A stretch of 64,000 nucleotides of DNA from Camelus ferus (lineage: Eukaryota), in contig NC_045697.1 of NCBI RefSeq assembly GCF_009834535.1, positions 94,986,001 through 95,050,000 of the forward strand, written 5' to 3'. The notes beneath the pieces were generated by a model. That model saw only the letters and a list, made by a program, of their open reading frames with translations, was not told where the DNA came from and did no database searches. The position numbers and the translations under genes were made by a program. Shown piece after piece: positions 1 through 11,580 of this stretch (the stretch's first letter is position 1; each line of letters starts with the position of its first letter).

Positions 1-1214
1 ATGATGAAACAAAATAGACCAGCTATTAGCAAAAGTGTGTCTGAATATAAAAATATATATGAAGAGAAGGAGATTTTCATTAGAGTATCCCTCTGGAAAT
101 GTATATAACAGAAGATCACTTAAAATTGGTGGCATCCATTTGGAGGTGCAAGAAACATAGCCTTTTAGAAACAACATAAAGATCATAATAACAAAATCAA
201 AAGCCTTAATAAACTAGAAAACGCTCTAATTTAATAACTATACAATTTATCATTATATTTAGCTATGATATTTTAAGTAATATCCCAGGTGCCATTGAAA
301 TAATAGCGTTTTCTTTCTTTTCCTACAGCTCACATTTATTCATAATATTGATGCTTTGGGATGTTTCTCTCTGAGTTATAAAACACTGCATACTATCATT
401 TAAAAATTCTGGATTAACTGTTTTTAAGTTGATAAATTTTGGTATTAGATATTTCAAAAAGATTATTATTGATTAATACAAGAGATAAATAAATTCTAAA
501 TAACCAACCCTTTAAAAATACTAATAACTTTGAACTACCCACAGCAGTCATCTGTTTACAACACTGTTTTTGTAGGCAATATTTAGATAAACAGGTAAAC
601 ATTATCACTCATATTTTTCCCTTTCTAATTTGCTTCCTTATCATATACCCTTGAACTTAGTCATCAGAGAGATCTGCTTACTCAGTTGTATAACTTCCCA
701 TACATTTCTTAATCATTCTTATCTTCAGCTTTCTCATCTCTAAAATACCTCTACTTCTTAAATCACTGGCCTGTAATCATCACTAAATAATACAATAGGA
801 GTGATTTGAGATCCGGAGGCCCTCACTTGTCTCTATCCAAGGAAGCAGTGATAGATCCTTAGAGTAGTCTATGTGAGGAGATCTTTGGATTCCTCAAAGT
901 GGAGCATCTATAAAGTAAACATTTGTTATCTCTGTAAAAATGAGTACTTCTCGTGGGATTTTATTAGGCTTAAAGAAAAATCTTCCTACCAGGATAAGAA
1001 CTGGCAAAGGTGGGAGACAATCCTATCTTGTTACGGTACATGAACATAAACTAAAGGATAGAATAGGCTTTAGAATTCATACAGGTTAGATCTGATATTT
1101 TACATCAGAAGAAAAGAAGCTAATGAAAATAATGTTATTAAAAACTTATTATATGTTAACGAATATGTAATCTCATTTTCCCCTCAAATAAATAAAAGAA
1201 ACACAAAGATACAC

Positions 1215-1345
1215 AATTGTTATTATTCCATATTTGCACATGATAAAATTGATGCACAAAGAGGTTAAGAACTTGCCCGTGAAAGCACAACTAGTAAGTG
1301 GGGGAGTATGATTTAGATGCCTACTGCTGTTATCCAGTCTGCACT
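1215..1345 (-). mobile_element. MIR SINE fragment
   Basis: MIR core motif 'tattattccatatttgcacatgataaaattgatgcacaaagaggttaagaacttgccc...cacaactagtaagtgg'. Confidence 0.8.
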
Positions 1346-1388
1346 TTCCCTAATAAATGGAGTAAGCAACAGTGCAACATACATACAC

Positions 1389-1395
<7 letters not shown>

Positions 1396-1440
<45 letters not shown>
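1396..1440. repeat. (TA)n microsatellite
   Basis: Perfect TA run of about 22 units, visible directly. Confidence 0.97.
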
Positions 1441-1443
<3 letters not shown>

Positions 1444-1859
1444 TGACAACAATATTCAGAAGTTTTAGGATACAATGCCATCAATACATAAGTATGATAA
1501 CATTCAAGAACAAGAGTAAAATTTTTTCAGTGATAGGAGTGAAAGACTAAGAGTCTGGAGATGCAATTGAGGTAATTTAAATTATTTTTATCCCTAATGA
1601 AAAGGGAAAAGAAAAAAACAGTATTCCTGATGAGAAAACATAACAAAAGAGGAATGAGGTCAAGGTTGAACTACAAAGAAATGTGAGTATAGTTGAGAAT
1701 AATGCACTAGGTCATAAAAAAACTTAAGCTTAAGGGTTGAGCAATAAAGAGTATGCTCATTTGAAAAACAGGGACTAAGCAAATTCAAACAATCAAGAGT
1801 TTGGGATCAAGATAGGAAATCTGAATATTTTGCCCTCTTATAAATTTTCTGTCCTTTAA

Positions 1860-2170
1860 ACCTCATTTATCTAGCTAACTTTTGCTCATGCTTTAGACTC
1901 GGGTTATATGTCATATCCCTAGGTCAGATTTCCTTGTAACTGATTCCATTGAATATTTTTCTTTAGTAAACTTACCACAGCTGTAATTAAATAAGCCTTT
2001 CTATAATTAAATAAACCTTTGGGAAATTACATTTTTTAAAATTCTCTTTTTTTCCAGTCTAGTCTGTATGCTTATTAGGGAAAGAGTTATCCATATAGCA
2101 TTGGATCATGTTTTTTTAGCTTAGTACTAGCCTGACACATTATACATCCAAAAACATTATTTGCTGAAAA
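1860..2170 (+). mobile_element. L2 LINE 3' end fragment
   Basis: Decayed L2 tail 'tagcttagtactagcctgacacat...attatttgctgaa'. Confidence 0.55.
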
Positions 2171-2619
2171 CTGGAAAGATCACATAAGAAAAGTAGAGGA
2201 CAAAAATATTTTTAAAACTGACAGATAATAGCATCTAATATCTGTTGAGTGCTTTCACTGGATTGGGCATTGTTTCACAAACCTGTAAGTACCAGAAGGG
2301 ACCATATTAATCTCATGATGCAGATTAGGAAACAGGTGAAGTAGCAATTCATTGCAGGCAGTCTGTCCAAGGAGAATGACTTTTGAACAATAGTGCTGTA
2401 CTGTTTCTGAGCCATGCAACTCTTAAGGAGAATGATTGGGCTTTTTAGGCTCTATATACCTGGATTAAAAAAAAAAAAACACAAGAATTTTATTCTCTGT
2501 CCAGTGCCATCCTCTATATATAGGGGAGTGTCATTATTCAACTTGCCTATTATTAATATATTATTCTAGTTAAAATTTTGTGGCATATATGTTGGAGTAA
2601 TTAGTCAGGAACGTATAAT

Positions 2620-3660
2620 ATGGTAGTGGTCATGGCTGTGTTTAAAAGTGGTTGAATATAAAAATACTTACAAATGGTTTAGTGTTGGGAATTTCTTGTG
2701 TTTAGATGATAAGAGAAAGAAAGAGGAGTAAAAATGTCCAGTTTAGGCAATTGAATATATGCTACTGTCTTTCACTGTGATCATGAAAGAAGCAGGTGCT
2801 GGTTGGCTGGGAAATAATGAGCTTAGAATTATGCATACTGAGTGTCTAGAGCTTGTGCAACATCTAAGTATAGATGCTCCTGGCAGATCGATATATGTCT
2901 GAAGTTATGAAGACATTTCTGGACTGGAAATAGTATTTATGAATCTTCAGAGTATACATTAAAGTTCAGCCTTGGGAAAAAAAGAAAAAAAAAAGAAGCT
3001 TGTGCAAGGTTAATCTGTGGGCAGGTAAGAAAAAGGGAAAGCATCCCATAGAGGATACTAAAAATCAAATAAAAAAATGAAATAAATAATAAAATAAAAT
3101 AGAAGAGCAGGAATTTACTCTGAACAGGAAACTGAATAGAATCATAGAAGCATGAAGAAAATCAAGCAAAAGGGGGAGAGTGTGTTTTCTCAGAAGCAAA
3201 AGGAAGGGAATTGTTCAAGGGAAAACTAAACACATATATGTACAAGAGCCTTGTGATTAAAAAAAGTGAAAACAACCATTAATCAAGTCAAAGGAAAGCA
3301 GCAAAATACTTGGGAGATATTTAAACATTTGAGGCCAAAATAGTGAAAAAATATGGAAAAATGAGTGGATATAATTTGTTCCCATTTTATTTTGTTTATT
3401 TTTGAAAAGAATACATTCACCTAGAGAATGTTTTTATCACTTTTTAAATTAAATATAGAAAAGGTCAATAAATGGACTCAATTAATTGGATTTTGAAGCA
3501 AGAGTATGTTGTTAACTTTGACAGTGGCAGTTTTAATGCTTTAGTTGGGAGCAGAGGGCAGAACACTGGGTGGAGGAGTGATGGAATGGTGAGGAATGAG
3601 ATCTCAGTAGTGGAGGTAACATTTCAAGAAGGTAAGCGTGAAATGGAAAGAGATGGAGAA
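2620..3660 (-). mobile_element. L2 LINE fragments
   Basis: Purine-rich antisense L2 motifs 'aaagagaggagtaaaaatgtcca', 'catctaagtatagatgctcctggcag', 'ggactggaaatag'. Confidence 0.6.
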
Positions 3661-3786
3661 ACATGCAGGTAAAATTTCCTAAAATTAGTGAGATATTTGG
3701 ACTTCTGTTCATTCCTGTAGAATTACAAGCATGAGGAACAAAATTAATTGGTTTTGAAAACACAGTTTCCGAAGTTACATACAAAC

Positions 3787-3810
3787 GTGTGTGTGTGTGT
3801 GTGTGTGTGT
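3787..3810. repeat. (GT)12 microsatellite
   Basis: Visible directly, immediately 5' of the L1. Confidence 0.95.
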
Positions 3811-3825
3811 AAATCTCTTTATCTA

Positions 3826-5412
3826 GGAAATTAAGGAAATGATACCATTCACTATCATGCCAAAAAGAATAAAATACCTAGGAATAAACCTGCCCAAGGA
3901 GGCAAAAGATCTGTATGCCAAAAACTGTAAGATACTGATGAAGGGAATTGAAGACAACATAAACAAATGGAAAGTTATACCATGTTCTTGGATTGGAATA
4001 ATCCATATTGTTAAAATGGCCATACTGCCCAAGGCAATTTACAGATTGAATGCAGTCCCTATCAAATTACCAACAACATTCTCCACAGAGCTGGAACAAA
4101 AAAATGTTAAAATTTGTATGGAAACACAAAAGACCCTGAATAGCCAAAAATAATCTTGAACAATAAGAATGGAGTTGGAAGGATCATGCTCCCTGACTTC
4201 AGACTATACTACAAAGCTACAGTAATCAAAGCAGTATTGTACTGGCACAAAAATAGACACATAGATCAATGGAACAGGATAGAAAGTTCAGAAATAAACC
4301 CACACACATATTATCAGTTAATCTATGACAAAGAAGGCAAGAATATACAATGGAGAAAAGAGAGTCTCTTCAATAAATGGTGCTGGGAAAACTGGACAGC
4401 TACCTGTAAAAGACTGAAATTAGAACATTCTCTAACACCATGTAGAAAAATAAACTCAAAATGGATTAAAGACTTAAATATAAGATCAGATACTACAAAA
4501 CTCCTAGAGGAAAACACAGGCAGAACACTCTTGGACATAAATCACAATATATTTTTTGAACTATCTCCTGGAGTAATAGAAATAAAAGCAAAAATAAACA
4601 AATGGGATCTAATTAAATTTAAAAGCTTTTGCACAACTAAGGATACCATCAAAAAAACGAAAAGACAACCTGCAGAATGGGAAAAAATATTTGCAAATGA
4701 TGCAACAGACAAGGGACTAATTTCCAAAATATGTAAACAGCTCATACACCTTAATATCAAAGAAGCAAGCAACCCAATCCAAAAATGAGCAGAAGACTTA
4801 ACAAGCAGTTCTCCAGTGAATACATACAAATATCCAATAGGCACATGAAAAAATACTCAGCATCACTAATTGTCAGAGAAATGCAGATCAAAACTACAAT
4901 GAGATACCACCTCACACCAGCCAGAATGGCCATTATTAAAAAGTCTACAAATGATAGTTGCTGGAAAGGGTACGGAGAAAAAGGAACCCTTCTACACTGT
5001 TGGTGGGAGTGTAGATTGGTGCAGCCACTATGGAGGACAGTATGGAAGTTCCTTAAAAAACTGAAAATAGACTTAACATGTGATACAGCAATCCCACTCC
5101 TGGGCATATATCCAGAGAAAATAAAATTCAAAAAGACACATGCACCCCAATGTTCATAGCAGCACTATCTACAATAGCCAAGACGTGAAAACAACCCAAA
5201 TGTCCAACAGATGACTAGATAAAGAAGATGTGGTACATATATATGATGGAACACTACCCAGCCGTAAAAAAAGAATAAAATAATGCCATATGGATGGACC
5301 TGTAGATGGTCATTCCAAGTGGGCCAGAAAGAGAAAGAAAAATGCCATATGACATCATTTATATAAGGAATCTAAAAAGTAATAATGACACAAATGAACT
5401 ACTTATTTATAA
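3826..5412 (+). mobile_element. LINE-1, 5'-truncated and 3'-truncated (ORF2 C-terminal part plus partial 3'UTR)
   Basis: Translations match L1 ORF2 ([54 protein letters not shown]). The 3'UTR stops at 'acaaatgaact..tatttataa' with no poly(A). Confidence 0.97.
3839..5159 (+). pseudogene. Frameshifted L1 ORF2 remnant (late RT to C-terminal cysteine-rich region)
   Basis: ORFs 3839-4153, 4156-4788 and 4785-5159 are consecutive ORF2 segments broken by frameshifts near 4100 (A-run) and 4785. Confidence 0.93.
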
Positions 5413-5711
5413 CTTAGATGATTGTTTTCTTGAATATATATAAGCACATTTGACTATCCTTTATGATTGGATTACTGAATTCTGTTGATTCTTATTTTGT
5501 AGTTGTCTTTATTCCTTTGATAACCACGTTTAAAAAGCTAAAGCTCTAATCTGTTCTTAAAAACAATGATCAGTGCATATATGTAAATTTTTAAAAATGT
5601 GCAGTATACTGTAAATATGTATTTACAAGCAATATAATGTATATGTGCAATTGAACTGTAATAATTCTACCTAACAAAGCTGAAAAAGAAAAAAGAAAGA
5701 AAGAAAGAAAA

Positions 5712-6012
5712 AATGGCCACGGGGTTGAGGCAAGTAATATAAATAAGTGCAGTGGGCTGGGTGTATGAGGATAGAGCGTGTGTGCTGAGGGTGAGGCCGG
5801 GAGCAGTGATGATCTACAGAGGTATGCCCTGCGTAGTCGGTGTCACCACTGCCAAATATTAGGAGCCTACAAGAAACATCTGAATTCTCGATTTTTGTAT
5901 GAAATACCCTGGTTTCAAAAATATTTTTAACTAATTAAGATTATTTTAGAATTCTCTGAAGACAGGCTAAACCATGTTTGAATCCAGCCTACAGGGCAGT
6001 AGTTTATAAACA
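5712..6012 (+). mobile_element. MER102-like hAT-Charlie DNA transposon
   Basis: 'aggcaagtaatataaataagtgcagtgggctgggtgta', 'gatttttgtatgaaataccc' and 'aactaatt' resemble the MER102 consensus. Confidence 0.65.
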
Positions 6013-6140
6013 GTACTACAGAATCTTGTGGAATTTCTTCTACATTTGCAGAACGATGTTAAGAACTATAAGTGCCCTGGTAGCTATGAAATCTACCTTC
6101 CTTGGTTTATGGATGTGGAAGCTAAAGACAAAGTGAAGAC

Positions 6141-6568
6141 TGTGATAGCTTGAGTGATTGGTCATGCACACCCATGCCGTGGCCTCCTAGTAATGAAGTG
6201 GACTTCCCTCCCCTTTCAGTTTAAGTTTGGTTTGTGTTTAGCTTTGGCCAGTTATTTGGCAGACAGACATGACACCAGGACCCGAAATGAGTTTGTACTG
6301 GTTGAACTTGCCCTTTTGCATTCCTGCCTTTGGCCATGGGTCAGATATGCTTTAGGGAATGCTGGCCCAAGGAGAATGAGGACCCATGGAGCAGACCTGG
6401 ACTCAAATGATAGCTTGTAGCCAAGCCCAGTGAAGTCAGCCAAGATCAGCCAAACCCCAGCCAACCTGCATATGCAGGTTCTTAAGTATGAAATAAATGC
6501 TTCTTGTTTTAATCCAGTGAAAATATATGTGTGTGTGTGTGTGTTTCACATAGCAATAGCTAACTATA
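6141..6568 (+). mobile_element. MLT1 (H/I/J-like) MaLR solo LTR inserted in a MIR
   Basis: TG start, 'atggagcagacctgg', 'agccaagcccag', AATAAA followed by 'tgcttcttgttttaa', and end 'agcaatagctaact'. MIR sequence flanks both sides (about 6100-6140 and 6570-6665). Confidence 0.85.
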
Positions 6569-7741
6569 GAAAGAGACTTTCTCAAGATTACACAGTAAGT
6601 AGATGGCAGAATCAGGATTAAGTCAGGGCTCCAAATCCCTGGACCAGTACATTTTCTACTCTATTGTGCTCTTCAATGCTGGTGATCTTCAGTCTGTCAC
6701 TTTCTCATTTCACATAGCCTGCCTATTTGTCACATTAAGCCAACCATATGGGCTTGATCTTTCAGTTTTCTTTGTAAGATTTTCTTGCATGGATGATACA
6801 GGTCTCTGTGTCCACCTACCAGAGTTTTGAATGCAGCTTCCAGATTCCCTCAAAGATAAGTAAAAATAATCTAGCTTGATTTGTGATTAGACAATTAGGA
6901 TTTGCATAACCAGAATTTGAATTTATAGAAAAATTAAACCAATCTCTGTGTAAGATGGAGTTGTTTAGAATTACCACTAATTTTATTGAGGTTGCTTAAA
7001 TGCCTTGTAATTGGTATGATTGTTGCCAGTTGCTCGCATCTTCAACAAGTTAATCAGAACCCACTCAGCAATTTCTCCCTTCAAATCAATTAAACTGTAA
7101 AATAAATTCCCTTTCTTTCAAGAAAGTCTTATGGTTTGGATTTTACTTTATTTACAGTTAAGCTTTTACTGCATTCTAATCTACTGGTCCAGAAAAAATT
7201 CAAATAGTTTAGTTCTTTTTTTTCTTTAATTCTTTTTTTTTTCCTTCGGTAATGGATTCTATGAAAGTTATTCCCTCTTTCAGACTGCCAAGAATAATAT
7301 TGACCTCCTAGAGGTTGTGGTTGGATATAAATTATTACATACATACTTACATATACATGCTTACAACAGTGCCAGACACTAAGAGTAAAATCTCACTATT
7401 AGCAATTTTTTAAATTCTTATTGTTACTATAATCTGCTATTAGGTTTACCACTGTTGAGATATATATATGTGTGTGTGTGTGTGTTTGTGTATACATATG
7501 TCTTGAGAGTATTCTGCTGATGAGTTTTGGTACCTGGCAATGAAACACATTTCCTATCAAGCATGAAAATTATGTGGGCTTGAAAAGTTTTCTGGCTGTG
7601 ATTCTAAGTGACATTCATGACCCACTAATTTAAGTGATGTCAATTACCTATCTGAGGTGATTTGAGTGACAGAAAAGAAACATGAGAATTTGAAAATTGT
7701 CACTTGAAGAATTTGAAAGAAATATCTTCCCCTGAGAGAGG

Positions 7742-7855
7742 ACAGTACTTCTCACACTTTAATGTGCACACAAATTTCATAATGATGTTGTGAAAGTGTA
7801 AATTTGGATTCTGTCCATCTAGGATGGTGTGTTAAGATTCTTCACTTCTGAAAAA
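7742..7855. mobile_element. MER5-like hAT MITE fragment
   Basis: 'cagtacttctcacactttaatgtgcacacaaat...ggattctgtccatctagg...agattcttcacttct'. Confidence 0.65.
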
Positions 7856-8026
7856 AAGAAAAATCTATTTACCTAATTGCCAGGGACAGCATTTTTCTGG
7901 AAGAAGAAACTTCCTTTCGCTGATTCTACAAAACATGCTATCCTGTGTAAAATAAGAATCAATGCCTTTTACTTGGAAGAATGAACAAAGAAACTAATGT
8001 TTATCACTTAATTTCCATCTATCTGA

Positions 8027-8533
8027 TGTTAGCAGGAAATAAAAATTTTTCACTTTACTAGTTTAGGATTAGTGATTGGGGGCCTATGAATTAACTATCA
8101 AAGTTCAAAAGATGCATTAATAGGAGAAAAACAAAGTTTATTCTTGTATGTGTGAGTACACCGGAAGTGGCTCCCTGGACAGTCAAGGGTTTATATATCG
8201 TCTTAAAAGAGAAGAGGGGCTAAAGACTTCAAGGGAAATCGAATGGTGGGAAACTAATGAGAAACAAGTGAGGGGAAACAAGCGAAAGGTTTAGAAAGTT
8301 CTGTGTATGTAATTTCTCATGTGGGTAGAATCGATCTGTCTCCTTTCTGGCTGTAAACCTTTTGGAGAGGGGATTTATGATGGCAATATTTTGGGAGGGC
8401 TTTGTTTAAGTTAGCAAAAAATGTTTATACTGTTTTTTTCCCCGTGGCTGCTGTTTTTGTCACTTGGTGGGTCCCAGTGGATCCCACCACTGAGATGCTT
8501 AACAGTTTATATACCTCAAATTTGTGCTCTCTC
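8027..8533 (-). mobile_element. ERV1 (MER34/MER39-like) solo LTR
   Basis: Begins 'tgttagcaggaaataaaaattttt'; 'gggcctatgaattaact...attaataggagaaaaacaaagtttatt' gives a minus-strand AATAAA; minus-strand TATA at 'gtttatata'. Confidence 0.7.
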
Positions 8534-8974
8534 ATTTCCTTTTTTTGCAATACGAGAGTTAAGATAGTTCAATATTGTTTATTTCTTTTGTACATTTTTA
8601 AGAAGTCTTTAATGGCTTCTTGTTTAATTTATAATTAACTTCATTCTCTTTTCTGTGCAATTAAGCAGAACACAATTTGACTAAAACTAACATTTATTGT
8701 TCCCAGTTCTTAACTTTAACCATTTTCAGACTGTATGTTCTAGTTACAAAAAGCAATGAATAACAATGCCAACATCAATACTCTTCATGTGTTAATCTAT
8801 AATTTTAAAATTATTCTTTCTGTCTGTATTAAACTTCCTTTCAAATCCTTCTCACGGAAAAGCTTATATGAGAAAATTTACAAAAAGTAAAACCTGCCAT
8901 GTGTTCAGTAGATATTCTACAGAAAGATTTCGATGCTTGTGTTCAATTTGAGGCTTTTACTTGCATTCATATTT

Positions 8975-9215
8975 GTAGTTAAAAGACTAGGCTATGGGGT
9001 CTTTATGTAAGGGTTCCAACCCTGGTTCTAATTTAATGGTGGAAATTCTAGTAAGTGATTTTAATGGTTGCTTCAATGTCCTCATCTGTAAAATGATGAT
9101 CATAGTAGTACCTATCTCATACCATTATTATGAGGATTAAATGAGAAAATTTATATAAAATATTTAGGATAATTCTTGGCAAAGATAAATACTTAGTAAA
9201 TATTAGACATTATTA
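8975..9215 (+). mobile_element. MIR SINE
   Basis: 'cctcatctgtaaaatgatgatcatagtagtacctatctcat...tgaggattaaatgaga'. Confidence 0.9.
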
Positions 9216-10121
9216 TGTCATGTAAATTATTGATTCTTAAGGACTAATACCTTATTTTCTTCTGTTTTTATTCATCATATAAGACAGCCCTATAAATCCA
9301 TCTGACATTATTAAAAGATCATGACCTACTAAAAGATTTATTCACATAAGAAACTCATCAAATTCTTAACTTTGAAGAAATAGCCCAATTAGCAAAAACC
9401 TTTGAAAATGATAAAAATGTATAAAATTTTAGGCCTAAATTTTTGTACATTTAGAAATAATATATTCCAAGTCCACAACAAGTTTTGAAAGGGGATCCTG
9501 AAATAATTATAGAAATAATATAAATTCCTTAAACATCAAAGTTTTGGAATAACAACATGCTATAATTGAGGGCAATGAAATATATTGCAATGTGAATTAC
9601 ATTTAGATTCTGCTAATTTGCTTAACTTCATGTAAAAAATGTGAAATTATATTGAGGAGGAAAAATTTAAGTGTAACTTTTTTTCCTACAGTTACAGATA
9701 GTTTTCAAAACAAATTCATACTTTAAAAATATTCTCAAGTTGTCTGTAAAACCATTAGAAAATATTTTTCAAATATCAGTTAATTTTAAAATGTATTTCT
9801 AAGAATACATTGATAATGTAATTGCAAATTATTTCTATTCCTTTGTTTTTCCTAAGATACTTCAGTTTCTATAAATACTTTGAAATAATAAAATAATGTT
9901 TTTATTATTAATAACATGTAAGTTAGATTGCACTTTCAGGGACTAGTTCAACTAATGTTCATTACAAAGGGATAAGCATAAAAGTTGCTTAAAACAAAAA
10001 TTGTGATACAATTAAATAGCATCTATTTATTATTTTTAGTAATACTGAACGAGGTTTAAGTGTGTGGTTTTAGTTATTTAATTTTGATATCAATAGCATT
10101 AAAACATATGTACATATTTGC

Positions 10122-10404
10122 TAACAGCTTTATTGAGATATAATTCACATACCATATGATTCACCTATTTAAAGTATACAATATAATGATACTTGTGGTA
10201 CATTCAAAGAGTTGTAAAACCATCACAGCCCATTTTAGAATACTTTTATCACCCCAGAAAGAAACCCCTTCCCTTTCAGCAGTCATCCCCCATCCTCTCA
10301 GCCCTAGACAAGCACTAATCTACTTTCTGTCTGTATAGATTTGCCTGTTCTGGACATTTCATTTAAATGTAACCATACAGTATAAGATCTTTGTGATTGG
10401 TTTC
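10122..10404 (-). mobile_element. L1MB-type 3' end
   Basis: 'aacagctttattgagatataattcacataccata...tttgcctgttctggacatttcat'. Confidence 0.85.
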
Positions 10405-11580
10405 TTTTTTTTTTTTTAATTTTTAAAACTTTTTATATAATTTAAAGGTTTCTTTCCATTTACAGTTATAACAGAATATTGGCTATATTCTCCATATAGT
10501 ACAATATATCCTTGAGTCTATTTTACACTCAATAGTTTGTACCTTCCACTCCTCCACCCCACTGGTAACCATTAGTTTGTTCCCTGTATCTGTGAGTCTG
10601 CTTCTTTGTTGTTATATATGCTAGTTTGTTTTATTTTTTAGATTCCATATATAAGTGATAATCATACAATATTTGACTTTTTCTGTCTGATTTATTTTAC
10701 TTGCACAATGCCCTCCAAGTCCATCCATGTTGCTGCAGATGATAAAATATCGTTCTTTTTTATGGCTGAGTAGTATTCCATTATGTATAAATATAAATAT
10801 AAATAAATAAATATATATATAAAAATACCACATCTTCCCTGTTCATTCATCTGTTAATGGACACTTAGGTTGCTTCCATATCTTGGCAATTATAAATAAT
10901 GCTACTATGAACATTGGGATGCATGTATCTTTTATAGTTAGTGTTTTTGGTTTTCTTTGGATATATACCCAGAAGTAGAAATAGCTGGGTCATATAGTAG
11001 TTCTATTTTTAGTTTTTTGACAGCGGCTGCACTAATTTACATTCCCACCAATAGTGTACGAGGGTTCCCTTTCTCCTCATCCTCGCCAACATTTGTTATT
11101 TGTGTTCTTTTTGATGATTGCCATCTGACAATGGTACCTCATTGTGGTTCTGATTTGCATTTCCCTATTGATTAGTGATGTTGTTTGATGGCCATTTCCT
11201 TGTCCTTTTTGGAAAATGCCTATTCAGTTCTTCTGCCCACTTTTTAATTGGGTTGTTTGTTTTTTGATGTTGAGTTGTATGACCTGCTTATATATTTTGG
11301 ATATTACTCCCTTATTGGTTATAACATTTGCAAATGTTTTCTCCCATTCCATAGGTTATCATTTTGTTTTGCTTATAATTTCCTTTGCTGTGCAAAAGCT
11401 TTTAAGTTTAATTGGGTCCCATTCATTTATTTTTGCTTTTATTTTCTTTACTTTAGGAGACAGATTCAAAATATTACTGCAATACATGTCATAGAACATT
11501 ATGCCTATGTTTTCCTCTATGAGTTTTATAGTATCTGGTCTTACGTATAGGTCTTTAACCAATTTTGAGTTTATATTGTA
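10405..11580 (-). mobile_element. Younger cetartiodactyl-type L1 (3'UTR plus ORF2 end)
   Basis: Poly(T) at 10405; 3'UTR 'tttccatttacagttata..aatattggctatattc'; minus-strand translation VKDLYVRPDTIKLIEENIG...WDPIKLKSFCTAKE. Confidence 0.92.

Noticed and set aside
1..44. ATGATGA...CTGA resembling snoRNA C/D boxes
   Set aside because: Too short, no terminal stem visible, cut by the window edge, and expected by chance.
305..600. Strong acceptor 'ttttctttcttttcctacag' at 328
   Set aside because: No good donor at exon distance, and the downstream sequence is stop-rich AT DNA.
4323..5131. Minus-strand ORFs of 71-124 aa
   Set aside because: These are antisense frames of L1 ORF2, a well-known source of spurious hypothetical proteins.
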